Below, in pieces: positions 24,253 through 36,413 of a stretch of DNA of 64,000 bases. Under the pieces are notes generated by a model. It had not been told where the DNA came from, searched no databases, and saw only the letters and a program-made list of their open reading frames with translations. Source of the stretch: Hydrolagus colliei (Eukaryota); contig CM068743.1 in assembly GCA_035084275.1 (NCBI GenBank), positions 18,724,001 through 18,788,000 of the forward strand, given 5' to 3'. The translations under genes and the position numbers were made by a program. Numbering within the stretch: the stretch's first letter is position 1; each line of letters begins with the position of its first letter.

Positions 24253-25737
24253 TATTGTCAAAATTAAATACTTTCATTCATTTCATAAACTAACTGATGC
24301 AACACAGATAATCTTCAAACATGACATTAAAGTAAACCAATCGTGAAATATCACATAGCAGTTGACTGGATTAACAGAGCTAACAATCTAAGGCCTCTTT
24401 TTAATATTGGATTCACAGCATATTCACATTGAGCTTTTCATGTACAACAGGAATTGAAACTCCCAACCATTTGTCAACAGAAATAGTGACTTAACAGCTT
24501 GAGTTTAAATACATGCACTGCAAAGCTGCTGCTAGCAGCCTGGTGTAGAATGTTGCAGCTTTATATGAAAAGGCTCTTTGCCAGCTCCAAATATACACCA
24601 TACAAGAAACCGCACTGCTGGGCTAGGAGACACAGGTAAACAACGTAACAAGCAATGACAAACCTGATCATTCCAGTTGCAGTACAGGCTGCAGATCAAC
24701 CCCCAGTTGTAATTGACCATGCAATCAAACACATTTAACTGAGCCATGTCTGCCCTTGTTGCAGTCTGCGTCTCTCTATCAGCTCCGTCACAACCAGCTC
24801 TTGTTCCTGCGCCACAGAAAGAAGCTGGAACCTGTGCGGTGATGCAACTCACACATGAAAAGGCCTTTCTCCCCCACCCATCTGTCAGCCCAGTATGGTG
24901 GCTGACCACAACTTGCAGTTCGAAGAAATGAATTGGCAGTGAAGTAATCAAATTAACTAACTGAAACTCCTCAAACAGACAATTACAAAAAAAAGCTTAG
25001 GTAAATTGTCAGAGCATTGCTCCTTCACAGCCACATCGAACCACAACACCTTATTTGAACGATGGTCAGATGAGGCTAATCAAGCTGACAGCTGACAAAC
25101 TGATCTGCAATTCCAAGTCCATCTGCTCTGTCACCAGGCTGCAGCTTTAGCCACATTGTGCAGATGCCTAGTTAGCAAATCAGCACTTCACGTTTCAAAT
25201 AAATAACTGTCTTTGGTTTTCCCGTATTCAGAATCAACAATAATGTCCAACTGAAGTTAACACTCTCAGGGCACCACATACAAAAAAAAACTAGAAAGCC
25301 CTCCTTTAAAATTTAAACAATCCAGTGTTGACAATTAACCTATCAGTTTAATTATCACTTTTAGGAGTTTGCCTCCAAAGGGCAAGCCTATAATAATAAT
25401 AATAATACTTGCAGACATCTCTAGACGTCTCAAACTGCTTCATAGAATATACTGTAAAGTGAATTGACTGTAAATTTGTGGGTGAAACACGGATGTAACC
25501 AGTAAATGCAGTTTTGCCAGCTCCGGAGAAATGAGCCTCACTCAGAATCAGATTTCTCCACCTGCCACTGCACATTAGAATAAAAAATCTAAAGATTTCG
25601 CCCCATGCCTTCAGAAGCATCAGTGACATTGAGGCACTCACGTGTATGAAATAACTTTAAAGGAACTCATCTTGCACTGCACAACTTCATTCTTTTTTAC
25701 CACAATTCTGTCACCATTATTTAGCAAGTGGATATCA

Positions 25738-26110
25738 CAACAATAAATTGCATTCATTTAGCGCCCATCACTTTGGGAGGATTCCAAAGCTCTAGACAGT
25801 AAAGCATTTGTACCCGAGATGAAAGTTGGAGTCAAGAGGGGTGAAGGGCAAGCGAGTTAGAGGTGGGAAGATAACCGAAGGCGCGGTCAAAGAAGAACTC
25901 AAGACAGGTCTTGAAAGAGGCAAGGGAGGGGACGAAGCAGAGGAGACGTGGCATGGCAGGGGACATGGAGCATTCCAGTGGAAGGAGTGGACAGATTGGT
26001 AATATTTTAGTGGATCGCAGAGGTTAGGGAGGAAGATCATGAAGGGCTTCAAAAGTGAGAACAAGAAACTTGATCTCAATCCTCTGGGGAATGGGGAGCC
26101 AGTAATGCTG
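25738..26110 (-). mobile_element. L2 LINE 3' fragment
   Basis: CAACAATAAATTGCATT tail; GTGAGAACAAGAAACTTGATCTCAATCCTCTGGGGAATGGGGAGCCAGT is antisense of the WLPIPQRI..KFLVL motif. Confidence 0.8.
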
Positions 26111-26366
26111 AATAGAGATCCAAGATGAGGAGACAGAGAGCATCTTGTTTACAGATGAGTAGAATGTTATTTGTAACTTTGACTAAGGCAGAAAAAAATC
26201 CTGTGCAAATACAGTCACACGTCTGAACAGGTGGACATTAAAGATCCCACAATTTGAAAATCCCACAAATTCCCCTGGTGCCCTGGCCAACAATCTCCTA
26301 TAGAATATTGGTCATTCACTTCATGGCTGTTTTGTTTGACATTGTTGTGTACAAATTAGCTTCTAC

Positions 26367-27368
26367 TAGGGTCCGGCGATATATCGATATATCGCTAAAA
26401 CCCGATATAATTTTCATATCGATAAGCCGATATAGGCATTTCAAAAATACGGATATATCGAAACAGGGGAAAAAATCGGAATGCGTGCAGACTGAACTAC
26501 AAGACCCAGAATGCTCATCTCTATACACAATGCACGGACCGAGGTGCAAAGCCGCCATATTGTATTCATAGTCCTAGAATACAATATACAGGTATGCAAG
26601 GGGTGGGGGGGGGTGAGAGACGGCTGGGGGGGGCGGTGAGGGGAGAGAGACGGCTGGGGGGAGGCAGGGGGGAGAGAGATGGCTGGGGGGAGGGGGAGAG
26701 AGACGGCTGGGGGGGGAGGGGGAGAGAGTTGGCTGGGGGGGGAGGGGGAGAGAGACGGCTGGGGGGGAGGGGGAGAGGAGGGGGACAGAGACGGCTGGGG
26801 GGGAGAGGGGGAGAGAGACGGCTGGGGGGGGAGGGGGAGAGAGTTGGCTGGGGGGGGAGGGGGAGAGAGACGGCTGGGGGGGAGGGGGAGAGGAGGGGGA
26901 CAGAGACGGCTGGGGGGGAGAGAGACGGCTGGGGGGGAGAGAGACGGCTGGGGGGCGGAGGAGGGAGAGAGAGACGGCGGGGGTGGGGAGAGGGGGAAAG
27001 AGACGGCTGGGGGGGGTGGGGGGCGGAGAGAGATGACAGGGGTGGGGGGTGCGAGAGAGGGACGGCGGTGGGAGGAGAGAGGGACGGCGGCGGGGGGGGA
27101 GAGACGTGGTGGATGTGATAATATACAGATAGATAGAGATGGGGGGGATGTGAGAGAGGAGAGAGACACACTCAGAAAAACACAGAGATGGAGAGAGTGA
27201 GAGACACAGAGAGAGAAAGATATTTACCTCCTGATGAGATAGGCCTCCAATGCGCGCTCACCCCGAATGCGCAGTACGAAAAACCTGAAAATATCGATAT
27301 TTCGGTATATCTCGATATGAGCCCATCGATATATCTAAATCGGAAAATTTCCATATCGACGGACCCTA
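26367..27368. mobile_element. hAT-type MITE (family A) with G-rich minisatellite, inserted into an older Deu-type SINE
   Basis: Same TIRs; perfect 8-bp TSD GCTTCTAC; flanks rejoin as TTGTGTACAAATTAGCTTCTACATTTGCCTACA (Deu core). Confidence 0.95.
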
Positions 27369-28479
27369 GCTTCTACATTTGCCTACAAATAGTCCATAAA
27401 ATCCTGTAGAAAAATTAGCAACATAATGAGGGCTGTATCAAATACAGTCAAGGATATTTATTATCCACAGCACAGCCTGACAAGATTCCAGGCTCTAATC
27501 CTGAGCCAAGTTTGCTCGTCTAGAACGGGGTGTTGATTACTGGGTAGGAGAGGGTAAAAAACAGCCCTTTATTGGCATCAAGAGACCCCTGATTTTTTTA
27601 TGCCAATAAAGGCCTGCTCTGCTGTTTTCTGTTCAAATAATAATAATCCTTGGAACTTTTACATAGCTCTTTATCATGTCTTTGAGACAATTACAGCAAA
27701 ATTACTTCTATGGAGTGCATTTCACGTTGGGAGGATGTCCCAAGGTGCTGAGATGTCTCAAAGCGCTTCGCAGAATATACTGTAAAGTGCAGTAACTCTA
27801 TATTTTGTGGACGAAACACTTTCCACTTGGACTAAGACATAGAAGTAGCTTCAAGTGTCTCTTGTAGGTCCCACCCGAATAGGGAGGAGAACAAAGGAAA
27901 TACTGTACATTCCAATACCTAATTTACCAGCCTCCATTTAACAATGATGTCAATTAAATTTTGTTCCAAACGAAAAAAATGTTTAGTTTGATGAAAATCC
28001 TCATGATTTTCACATGGGAAGCAAATACTTTGTACACAGCAAGTAAGTGATACTTCCATCCAATGAAAGAAATGTTGATTGGAAAAAACATAAACAGATG
28101 ATTTCCTGAATTAAATGAGGTTTATTCACGAAATGTAAGTATTTATTATTGAAATATATAACCTTTGGCCAAAAGAAATGCAGCTAGAGAATTAGACAAA
28201 TACTTGCATTTTTCTTCGAATTCGAGCAACATTGCAAATCCTTTCTCCAATAATTCCAACCTGTGTTTCTAAACTGGTCTGTCAAAAGCTACATTGTATG
28301 TTGAAAAACCTAATGGATCACACAGACAGAAGTGACCATTCACCAAGTCTACAGGTGCAACTCGATAGGAAATCCTGACGTCAATCAATACCAGTGGCCT
28401 AAAGATCAGGAACAGGAGGTTACTTGGCCCTTAAAAGAAACATAAGAATCTTGTGATCATTTAACATGGTCCCTCTTGG

Positions 28480-29120
28480 CAACGGTATCCACAGACCTGG
28501 GGTCAACTTTCACATGTATCTGGACGGCAGCCAACTCTACTTCTCCTCCAGCTGGGACTCCACCGATGTACCCTCCTCACCAGCTTCATCATTCATTAAA
28601 AAAAGATTAAATCTCCACCACTCAGATCTTCACCCATACTAAACCTCCATCACCCCAGTCTATGCCAGGATCTACTGGCTCCCAATTTCAGGAAAATTTA
28701 ATTCAAGATCCTCACATTCACGTACAATTCACTTCATCGCCTTGTCACCTCCCTACCTATTTTCAATCCACAATTGTTTGTGGGACACTGCCCTGCGCAA
28801 TTGGCTGCAGCATTTCATCCACAAATATACAGTCAATTCACTTTACAGTACATTCTGTGAAGCGCTTTGTGGCATCGATAAAATGTGAAAAACTAGATTA
28901 AATGCAAGATTATTATTACCTCTCCGACCTGCAGACTGCCCACTCTATTACCTATCACCTGCAATCAGTTGGCTCCAGCACATCCCTCCTCACCTCCACA
29001 ATCAGTGACTATGCTTCCAGCCCCAACTACAAACTCTGCCTCAATCCTCCAATCTTGACTTCGCCTTGTCTGTCTTCAAATCACACATGAAGACCTTCCT
29101 CTTCAGATGTGCTTGGGATC
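28480..29120 (+). mobile_element. Decayed L2 fragment with nested SINE 3' half (about 28760-28918)
   Basis: ATCACCCCAGTC..ACTGGCTCCCAATT..TTCAAGATCCTC L2 motif; SINE core and tail nested inside. Confidence 0.7.
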
Positions 29121-29814
29121 ACCTCATACTCTCAGCATCAATTTTAAAAATTGCTACAGTGTTTTGTCCAGAAAATACATAACTTCTGTGAAATGCTTTG
29201 TGTTAAGCTCCACCACTTTTAAACACTGCCCTGTAACAAATAGTGCAATATAAATGCTTTTAGCAGAATTCTTCAGGGTCATTATGAATTGGCTTTTAGG
29301 CACACGTGTTGACTTTGTTGGACATAACAATACAAAATTACATTTGTACTGTATAGCGCCTTTCATGTTAGGAGGACATTACCACAAACCTGTAAAGAGA
29401 TTCAGATTCAGTTAACTACATTCTGTAGACAAAAAAAAATAGAAATCTATAACACTTTGCCCTTTCAATTAAAATATTTTATATTAATTCCAATTCGCCA
29501 CTCTTTAGCTGTATCTCTTAATACGCTTTCGCACTGATTATTGAATTCCCCTTTAATGGCCCCACTCAACTGTTCCAACTGCCACTTTGGCCAACTACTC
29601 CATGTTCTGATAATCCTCCATAAGAAAAGATTCGTCCCCTTTCATGCTTCTACTTACAGTCGTAAATTTGCCTTAAACATGTTACCTTAAACATGTCTAC
29701 CATATCACTTCTCCACCTTGCTCCAGTACAGCGATTAGAGAACAGGGGATTGTTTGGTGTAGCTCTTTGGATCACTGAATACATTGCTGTGGTGAGGTAT
29801 GATAGTGGAGATTT

Positions 29815-30035
29815 GTAGCGTAATGTTTAGAGAGCACTTGCCCCACAATTGAGAGGACTCAGGTTTGATTACCAGCAGGGCAACACATTTGGCAAGTTTC
29901 CTTACTCCACACACCTCTGTTTACCTAGTAGTAAGTAGGAACCCGGATGTTAGTTGGCAGATCGCTTTTCAGAGGTAATAAGCCTGTCAAAAAAAATGTT
30001 GTTACTCAATCAGTGACTGTTTGTGAGACACTGTG
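29815..30035 (+). mobile_element. tRNA-derived SINE, long variant (5' part)
   Basis: GGCAAGTTTCCTTACTCCACACACCTCTGTTTACCTAGTAGTAAGTAGGAACCCGG. Confidence 0.8.
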
Positions 30036-30282
30036 GACAAAGCTTTTATACTTTATTGCTTGCATTTTTTTGCAAAATCTGGGATTTTCAGTTCTTTGTG
30101 TTTGTTGTTTTAGTAACCTGTGGGGAGGTACCATTTTTTTCCTTACCTGAGGGAGGCTCACTATGACAAGGCTTGAGAACACCTGCTCCAGTTGGTAACT
30201 GCAGTACTTAGTGCAACAGCAAGATATACAGACCAGCAAGATGCATATTTGATTCCTGGTTTATGCAAATGTAACTAATGTC

Positions 30283-30496
30283 ACAATAACAGCAATCACT
30301 GGGAACACTCAGCGAGTCAGGCAACATCTATGGAAAAAGGAAAAGTGAGTCAACGCTTTGGGTCCACGAACCTTCATCAATTCTGAAACGTTGACTCACA
30401 TTTCCTTTCTACATAGATGCTGCTGACCCACTGAGTGTTCCCAGCAATTGCTCTTTTAGTTTCAGATTTCCAGCTTCTGCAGTATTTTGCGTTTTT
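30283..30496. mobile_element. Penelope-type non-autonomous hairpin element inserted into an ancient SINE-like repeat (about 30205-30762)
   Basis: Inverted arms at about 30291-30358 and 30386-30452; 12-bp flanking direct repeat GTAACTAATGTC / GTAGCTAATGTC; tail TTTCAGATTTCCAGC.TCTGCAGTATTTTGC. Confidence 0.75.
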
Positions 30497-32079
30497 GTAG
30501 CTAATGTCGGATGGATGAAGTAATTGATGCATTCATTTGGTATCCTTGAGCTAATGACAGAAAAATAATGCTCTCCGATCACAGTTTCATCACAGGTTAG
30601 ACTTGCTCAAGATTTAAGAACTAGATTGAGCTTTTCTGTGATACCCGACACTGTTGGAATAAGCTTCTGATGCTTGTTAGGGGCCGTTCATGTTGAATAA
30701 CCACTTGATCTATGTACTGTTGTACATCAGCAGCTTAAGGAGAGGAAATGGGAGAAAATTGGGTTAATATTACTTACGAACATTTTTAAGGAAAGGTGAC
30801 CTCACTTTGAAGTCAGGTTCTTCATCTGTAACATCTCCTTCTAAAATACTGCAATAATTTAATTCATGCCTAGCTAGGAACACCCTGTTGGAATATACAG
30901 TATAGTTTTAGCAACTTTGTGTAGCAAAACCGCCCCCTCTAAATGCAGGGAACAAGCTGGCATTGTATTAATAAATGTAGGATATCCATTTTGGTCTGCC
31001 CGAGCAGGGCAAATTCTAGTGGCATTAGATAATGTCCTCTATGTGTACATATTCTTCATCCAAAGAAAGAGCTTTTTGCTTCACATTTCCCAGTTGCAGT
31101 TCCAGCAGAGCTAGTCTCATCCAGAGTAACAGAGTCTCATTGATCTGCTGTATCTATTCCAAAAATAGATACTTTCATAATTGATCCTCTTTCCTGCACT
31201 GACTAAGTCTGAACAGTGTTGTATAAGGGGAACTTCAAATGTGTCCTTTGCTGAATGAGTCAATTTTATGTTAGACTTGTAGTCCTTAAAGTTCGGTAGG
31301 AACACTTTCCTCAGGGAACACAGTACTGTATAACAATTACATTCAGGAAAAAAGTGCCTAACTGGCTCAGTTTGCAGCAACAACAATTTGTGTTCATATA
31401 GCATCCTTTATATAATAATAATACTAGTCCTGTAGCTCATATAGGGTCTCGACTCATAATCTAGGCTGATATTCTCCTCACTCTTGTGCTTAAATCCCTC
31501 CACTCCTCTGCAATTTGTTTTATTAGTAATTGACCCGCTTTCTTGAGATTTTGTGATATTACTAATTTGTTTTTCTCTTGGATTCTTGCAATACAGATAA
31601 GCAGGAAAGGCATTCGATATTTGGTCAGATTAAGATCTATGTGAGCATATTATGTGTACCACACAGCTAGTTTCTTAAGACTATTTTCCCCAAAACTAAG
31701 CTGTTAAAACTCAATTGCCTTATTATTTTGTCATATATCCAGCTGCCCGATTTTTCTCCTATTTTTGCTGTAAATGTAGACCTTGAGAAACTTAAAGGAT
31801 ATCTGGTATATTATTTTCTGTATTAAAAACACATTGTCCTGTATTTACTGGTATGCTTTGCACTTCAGACAATTTAGGCTGTTGTTAACCCACTTTAAAC
31901 ACTGACACAGACTCATAAAATACACTGAATGCCACATATCTAACCCAGTGACGGCTTGCATGTATGGACAAATTCTGAAATCTGCTTGAAACACAGTGTA
32001 ACAGCTTGACAATGTCATACAATGCGGATGACCTTGACTACAATTATGTAGTTTGAGTTCTTGTAGTTAATGATGATAT

Positions 32080-32439
32080 AATAATAATCCTTGCATTTAT
32101 AAAGCGCTTTTCAAGTCTTCTAGACATCTCAAACATTTTACAGAATATACTGTAAAGCAAATTGACTGTATATTTGTGGGCAAAATGTGGCCATTAATTG
32201 CCAACAACAGTGTCCCACAAACAATCTTGGATTGAAATGACCAATTTTTTTTCAACAGATTATTATTAGGCGTATGGAGTAAGGAAACTTGCCGAAGTTT
32301 TCGCCCTGGCCGGGAATTGAACCCAGCTCTTGATCGATTGAGAAAATTGCAGAAATATTTGCCAAAATGTGGATGGAAATTTTGACAATAATTTGACAAA
32401 TTCTGCACTGAGACCAGCCACAGAGCTACAGGACTCCAC
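32080..32439 (-). mobile_element. tRNA-derived SINE, main family, with a foreign insert in the head
   Basis: Tail, core and head present; 32331-32413 is not SINE sequence. Confidence 0.9.
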
Positions 32440-32969
32440 AGTTTCAGAGAATATAGGATTGAATTCTACAAGGAGCTTCTTGATAAGTCAAAATCACTGT
32501 TGGTTATTAGGACGGAATTTTCTCTGGAACACTGCACCAAATGATTTCCATTCCATGTCATTTTTATGACTGATAAATGTGCTGATCTTCTGAGTCCTGT
32601 GCAATCTCTTTTTACCATTGGTCATGAGCCATCATTCAGCCCTAATATCTTTATAATCAATTATTCACCAGCAATTTGCCATGCTACTGCGCGCAACCTG
32701 CCATCATGTTTCACCCACAAAATACAGAGTCACCTCACTTTACAAAATACTCTCTGGGATATTTCAAAGACGTGATAAGATGCTATAATCAAATGCAAGA
32801 ATTATTATTATTATTATTGCATTAGACAGGATAAAAATAAATCCATCTCAAAGATCTAGCAGCTTATCAAGGGTTATAATCGCTCAATGGAGAATGAAAT
32901 CAGTGTTAGATGCCAGATTATCTCAAAATAATCATCTAAAACTAGTTACCAAAAGGGGAGTGACCATGT

Positions 32970-33717
32970 CGGTAGACCCCGCTTACTGAACGCTCGGTCA
33001 ACGAAACTTCACTATAATGAAGGTTTTTATTTGTACCACTTATCTGCTTAACGAAGGCTGCGTTCGCTTTAATGAATGTTTACACACCTGTTAAATCTCA
33101 CGGGCTTCTCATGGGCAGCATTTTCTGGTTGGCCAGCATTCTGCCGCTTAAGATCCTCCCATATTGTACAGGCTACACTGCTTTGTGGCTTCAATAATAG
33201 TAAGTCGAGGACTGTCTGTATTTTATTGTTTATTGTTGTATTTACTAACATTTTAATATTTTATTGTTGTATTTAAAGTTGTGTAGCCTTCAATAGCTAC
33301 CTTAGGCCTTTGCTAGTACAGGGACCGAGGCCGAGCCCAGGTTCGGGTATTTCCAGACTTCGGAATGCCAGAAGCGTGTCACGAGTCCAGAAATGCCTGG
33401 GCCCAGGTTGCGATATTTCAGTGCGGTGACTGTGAAGACCTGGCCTGGAGCAGGTAGGATTGGCGTTTTTATTCTTGCAATTTTTGTCACATTCCGGAAA
33501 CCGGAGCTCCGGATTTTCGCCGCTCAATCTGTACACCGAAAATGTTAGCGCTAGTAACTGCTAGCAACTAAACTGATTTTAGCAGGGAGGCTCGGGTCGG
33601 GGTGGCGTTTTGGCTGCGGCCAAATACAGTAATACAGTTAAACTCTCGCTTAATGAAATTTTCGCTTATTGAAAGGTTTTAAAGTCCCTAATCCCTTCGT
33701 TAAGCGAGGTCTACCTG
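32970..33717. mobile_element. pogo/Tigger-type MITE (family D)
   Basis: Ends CGGTAGACCCCGCTTACTGAA / TTCGTTAAGCGAGGTCTACCTG; subterminal GCTTAACGAA-like repeats; TSD not clean. Confidence 0.72.
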
Positions 33718-33729
33718 TGCATAGAGGCA

Positions 33730-34046
33730 TAATAATCTGTGCATTTGATAAAAGTGCTTTTCACATCTTATCGACGTCTCAAAATGCTTCACAGAATATA
33801 TTGTAAAGTGAATTGACTGTATATTTGTGGGCGAAACGCGGCAGCCAATTGCGCACACAATGTCCCACAAATAGCCGTGGATTGAAAATTACCAATTTTA
33901 TTATTTAGTTTTTTTGGGGGGAGGATTACTATTAGGCGTGTGGAGTAAGAAAACTTGCCCATGGTTTCACCCTGATCTGCCTGGATTCGAACACAGGTCT
34001 CGCTTGGAAGACGAGTGCTCTAATCACTGAGCTACAGGAGCTCCAC
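33730..34046 (-). mobile_element. tRNA-derived SINE, main family, full length
   Basis: Head, core and tail as in 15891-16203. Confidence 0.95.
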
Positions 34047-34994
34047 ATACATACATAGAGAGTTCAGGAGACCACTGGGCTACAAGACAAATCATGTTAA
34101 TGTACATAGAATTTCCAACAAACACCCAGATACGATTTTCAGGTCTTTCACGGTTGCTTGGCACAATGGGTTATTGATGGTCATTCAAACTTTTCACCCA
34201 AAAAAAGGATCAACATACAGTTTCCTATAGCAGTGAGCTTGTCGGCTCGAAAATGTTACCAAACATACTTAAAATCTGACACAATAGATTCACATAGATT
34301 TTTTGTTCACATGTCAGAATGTGTTCAAATCTGAAGCATTTTTAATAACAATCATTTAGATACATAATGTATGATAATACACAATGATTGATTTCACAGC
34401 ATAATCCTATAGGTCCATAGAACCGACTTGGAATTTTTTTCTCTTGGATTCTTGCAATACAGAAGGGCTAGAGAAGCAGGAAAGGCGTGCAATATTTGGT
34501 CAGATTAGGATCTATGTGAGCACTTTATGTGTACCACACAGCTAGTTGCTTATGACTATTTTCCCCAAACAATAAGCTGTTAAAACTCAGGTGTTTACAA
34601 TAATTACATTATTAATGAGACTCGGTCTGAATCTGTTTTTTTTTAACAATTCAGATGCGGCTGTAATACCAATTAACTTGATCAAGTACAAAAATGGTCT
34701 CATAAAACAGCAGGAGAAAAACTGCTACATGTTACTTAGATCAGCAGAATGTATTGATGGATTTCAATATCGCATTATTGGATACAACCTCCTACAATGC
34801 AAAGAATTAGTTATTGTTTCCAAAACAAATTCAGCAGGTATCCACTGATGTAGCACATGAATCACAAAAGCATCATGCAGTTTTATTTGCTGAGTGTTGG
34901 AAAGAAACAAGTATCTGCAGTTATGAGGAGAGATTGCAACACAGGAGTGTTTTTATTGGCAAAGAGGTTTGCAGGTGAGATGATCTTAACAATT

Positions 34995-35272
34995 TTTATA
35001 TAACGCTTTTCACATCTTCTAGATATCTCAAAGTGCTTTTCAGATATGCCATTAAGTGAAATCACTGTATATTTGTGGGCAAAACAGCAGCCAGTTGCAT
35101 ATAGCAGTGTCCCACAAAACGTCTTGGATTGAAATGACGAATTGTTTTTCAAGGGATTATCATCAGGCGTGTGGAGTAAGGCAACTTGCCCAAGGTTTCG
35201 CCCTGTCTAGAATTGAACCCAGCTCTCTCGCTAGCAAGGCGAGTGCTCTAACCACTGAGCTACAGCACTCCA
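34995..35272 (-). mobile_element. tRNA-derived SINE, main family
   Basis: GTGGAGTGCTGTAGCTCAGTGGTTAGAGCACTCGCC on the minus strand plus core and tail. Confidence 0.92.
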
Positions 35273-35800
35273 CTTATTGAAGTCTTCCAGATTCCAAAGG
35301 AATCTACAGTCAATATAATGAAGTCTTCACAACAATCCGAGACAAATGGAAAATTGCACAAAGGTTTGCCAAAATTTGGATGGAAATCAGAAAAAAAATT
35401 GCAAAATCCTGCAAAAAAATGTTTACATTAAATTATGAGTGGTTGACTGGTGCTATTGGGGTATATATCAATTTCACATTGCATGTTTTCACTTTATTGA
35501 TAAAAACTAAACATGAGCAAAATAATATATATTGGGTTGTTGCAGGAGCTCACCACCTCCTGCCTCTCAAGGGCTGCAGCTTGCACATGGATACAGAGAC
35601 CCAAAGAAAGGCACACATTCAGAGAGAGGGAAACAAGATAAACAGAGTGAGATACATATATAATACACACGCAGAGACAGAGACACACATCCTTAGATAG
35701 AAAAGCACACGCTTTCACACACACAAGATAGAAACTCAAGAGAGAGAGACACACACGCACTCCTCACTCAGATGCAAAGACACACACACAGTGAACAGTA

Positions 35801-36413
35801 ACAACTACAACAACAACAATTTACATGTATAGAGCGCCTTTCACGTCGGGAGGACGTCCCAAGGTGCTGCACAAGAGGCGTGTGACCTGAGCTGAGAAGG
35901 GAGTGTTTGGGAAGGGGTGAAACACGAAGGGGAGGTAAAAGAGTTCGGGGTGGAGCAAAAGGCACGATCGAAGAGGAAAGTCTTCAGATCGGCCTTGAAA
36001 GAGGAAAGGGAAGAGGCGAAACGGAGGGATTGAGGGATGGCATTCCATAAGGTGGGAGCGGAGAAACTGAAGGCCCGGCCTCCGATGGTGGGGCGGTTCG
36101 GGCGGGGGGCTTGGAGCAGGCCAAGTCCTGTTGAACGGAGGGTCCGGGTGGGCGTGTAGGGGGAGAGTAGATCGGTTAGGTAGGATGGGGCAAGGCCGTG
36201 TAAGGCCTTGTAGGTGAGGACGAGGATCTTAAATTCGATCCTCTGTAGGATGGGGAGCCAGTGGAGACGGGCGAGGGTGGGGGTTATGTGGTCACGGAGG
36301 CGGGTGCGGGATAGTACACGGGCTGCAGCGTTTTGGATGGCCTGCAGCCTATGAATGGAGGAACTGGGGAGGCCGACTAGGAGAGAATTTCCGTAGTCCA
36401 GCCGTGAGGTGAT
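35801..36413 (-). mobile_element. L2 LINE 3' end, young (ORF2 C-terminus still open)
   Basis: ITSRLDYGNSLLVGLP..RLQAIQNAAARVL..HITPTLARLHWLPILQRIEFKIL..GGRAFSFSAPTLWNAIP..FKADLKTFLF; (GTT)n tail. Confidence 0.97.

Noticed and set aside
28160-28262. Protein-like minus-strand frames (LELLEKGFAMLLEFEEKCKY / VGIIGERICNVARIRRKMQ)
   Set aside because: Weak splice signals and no recognisable homology
34918-34985. Apparent plus-strand exon ending CAG|GTGAGA
   Set aside because: Translates SYEERL.., a decayed CR1 RT motif
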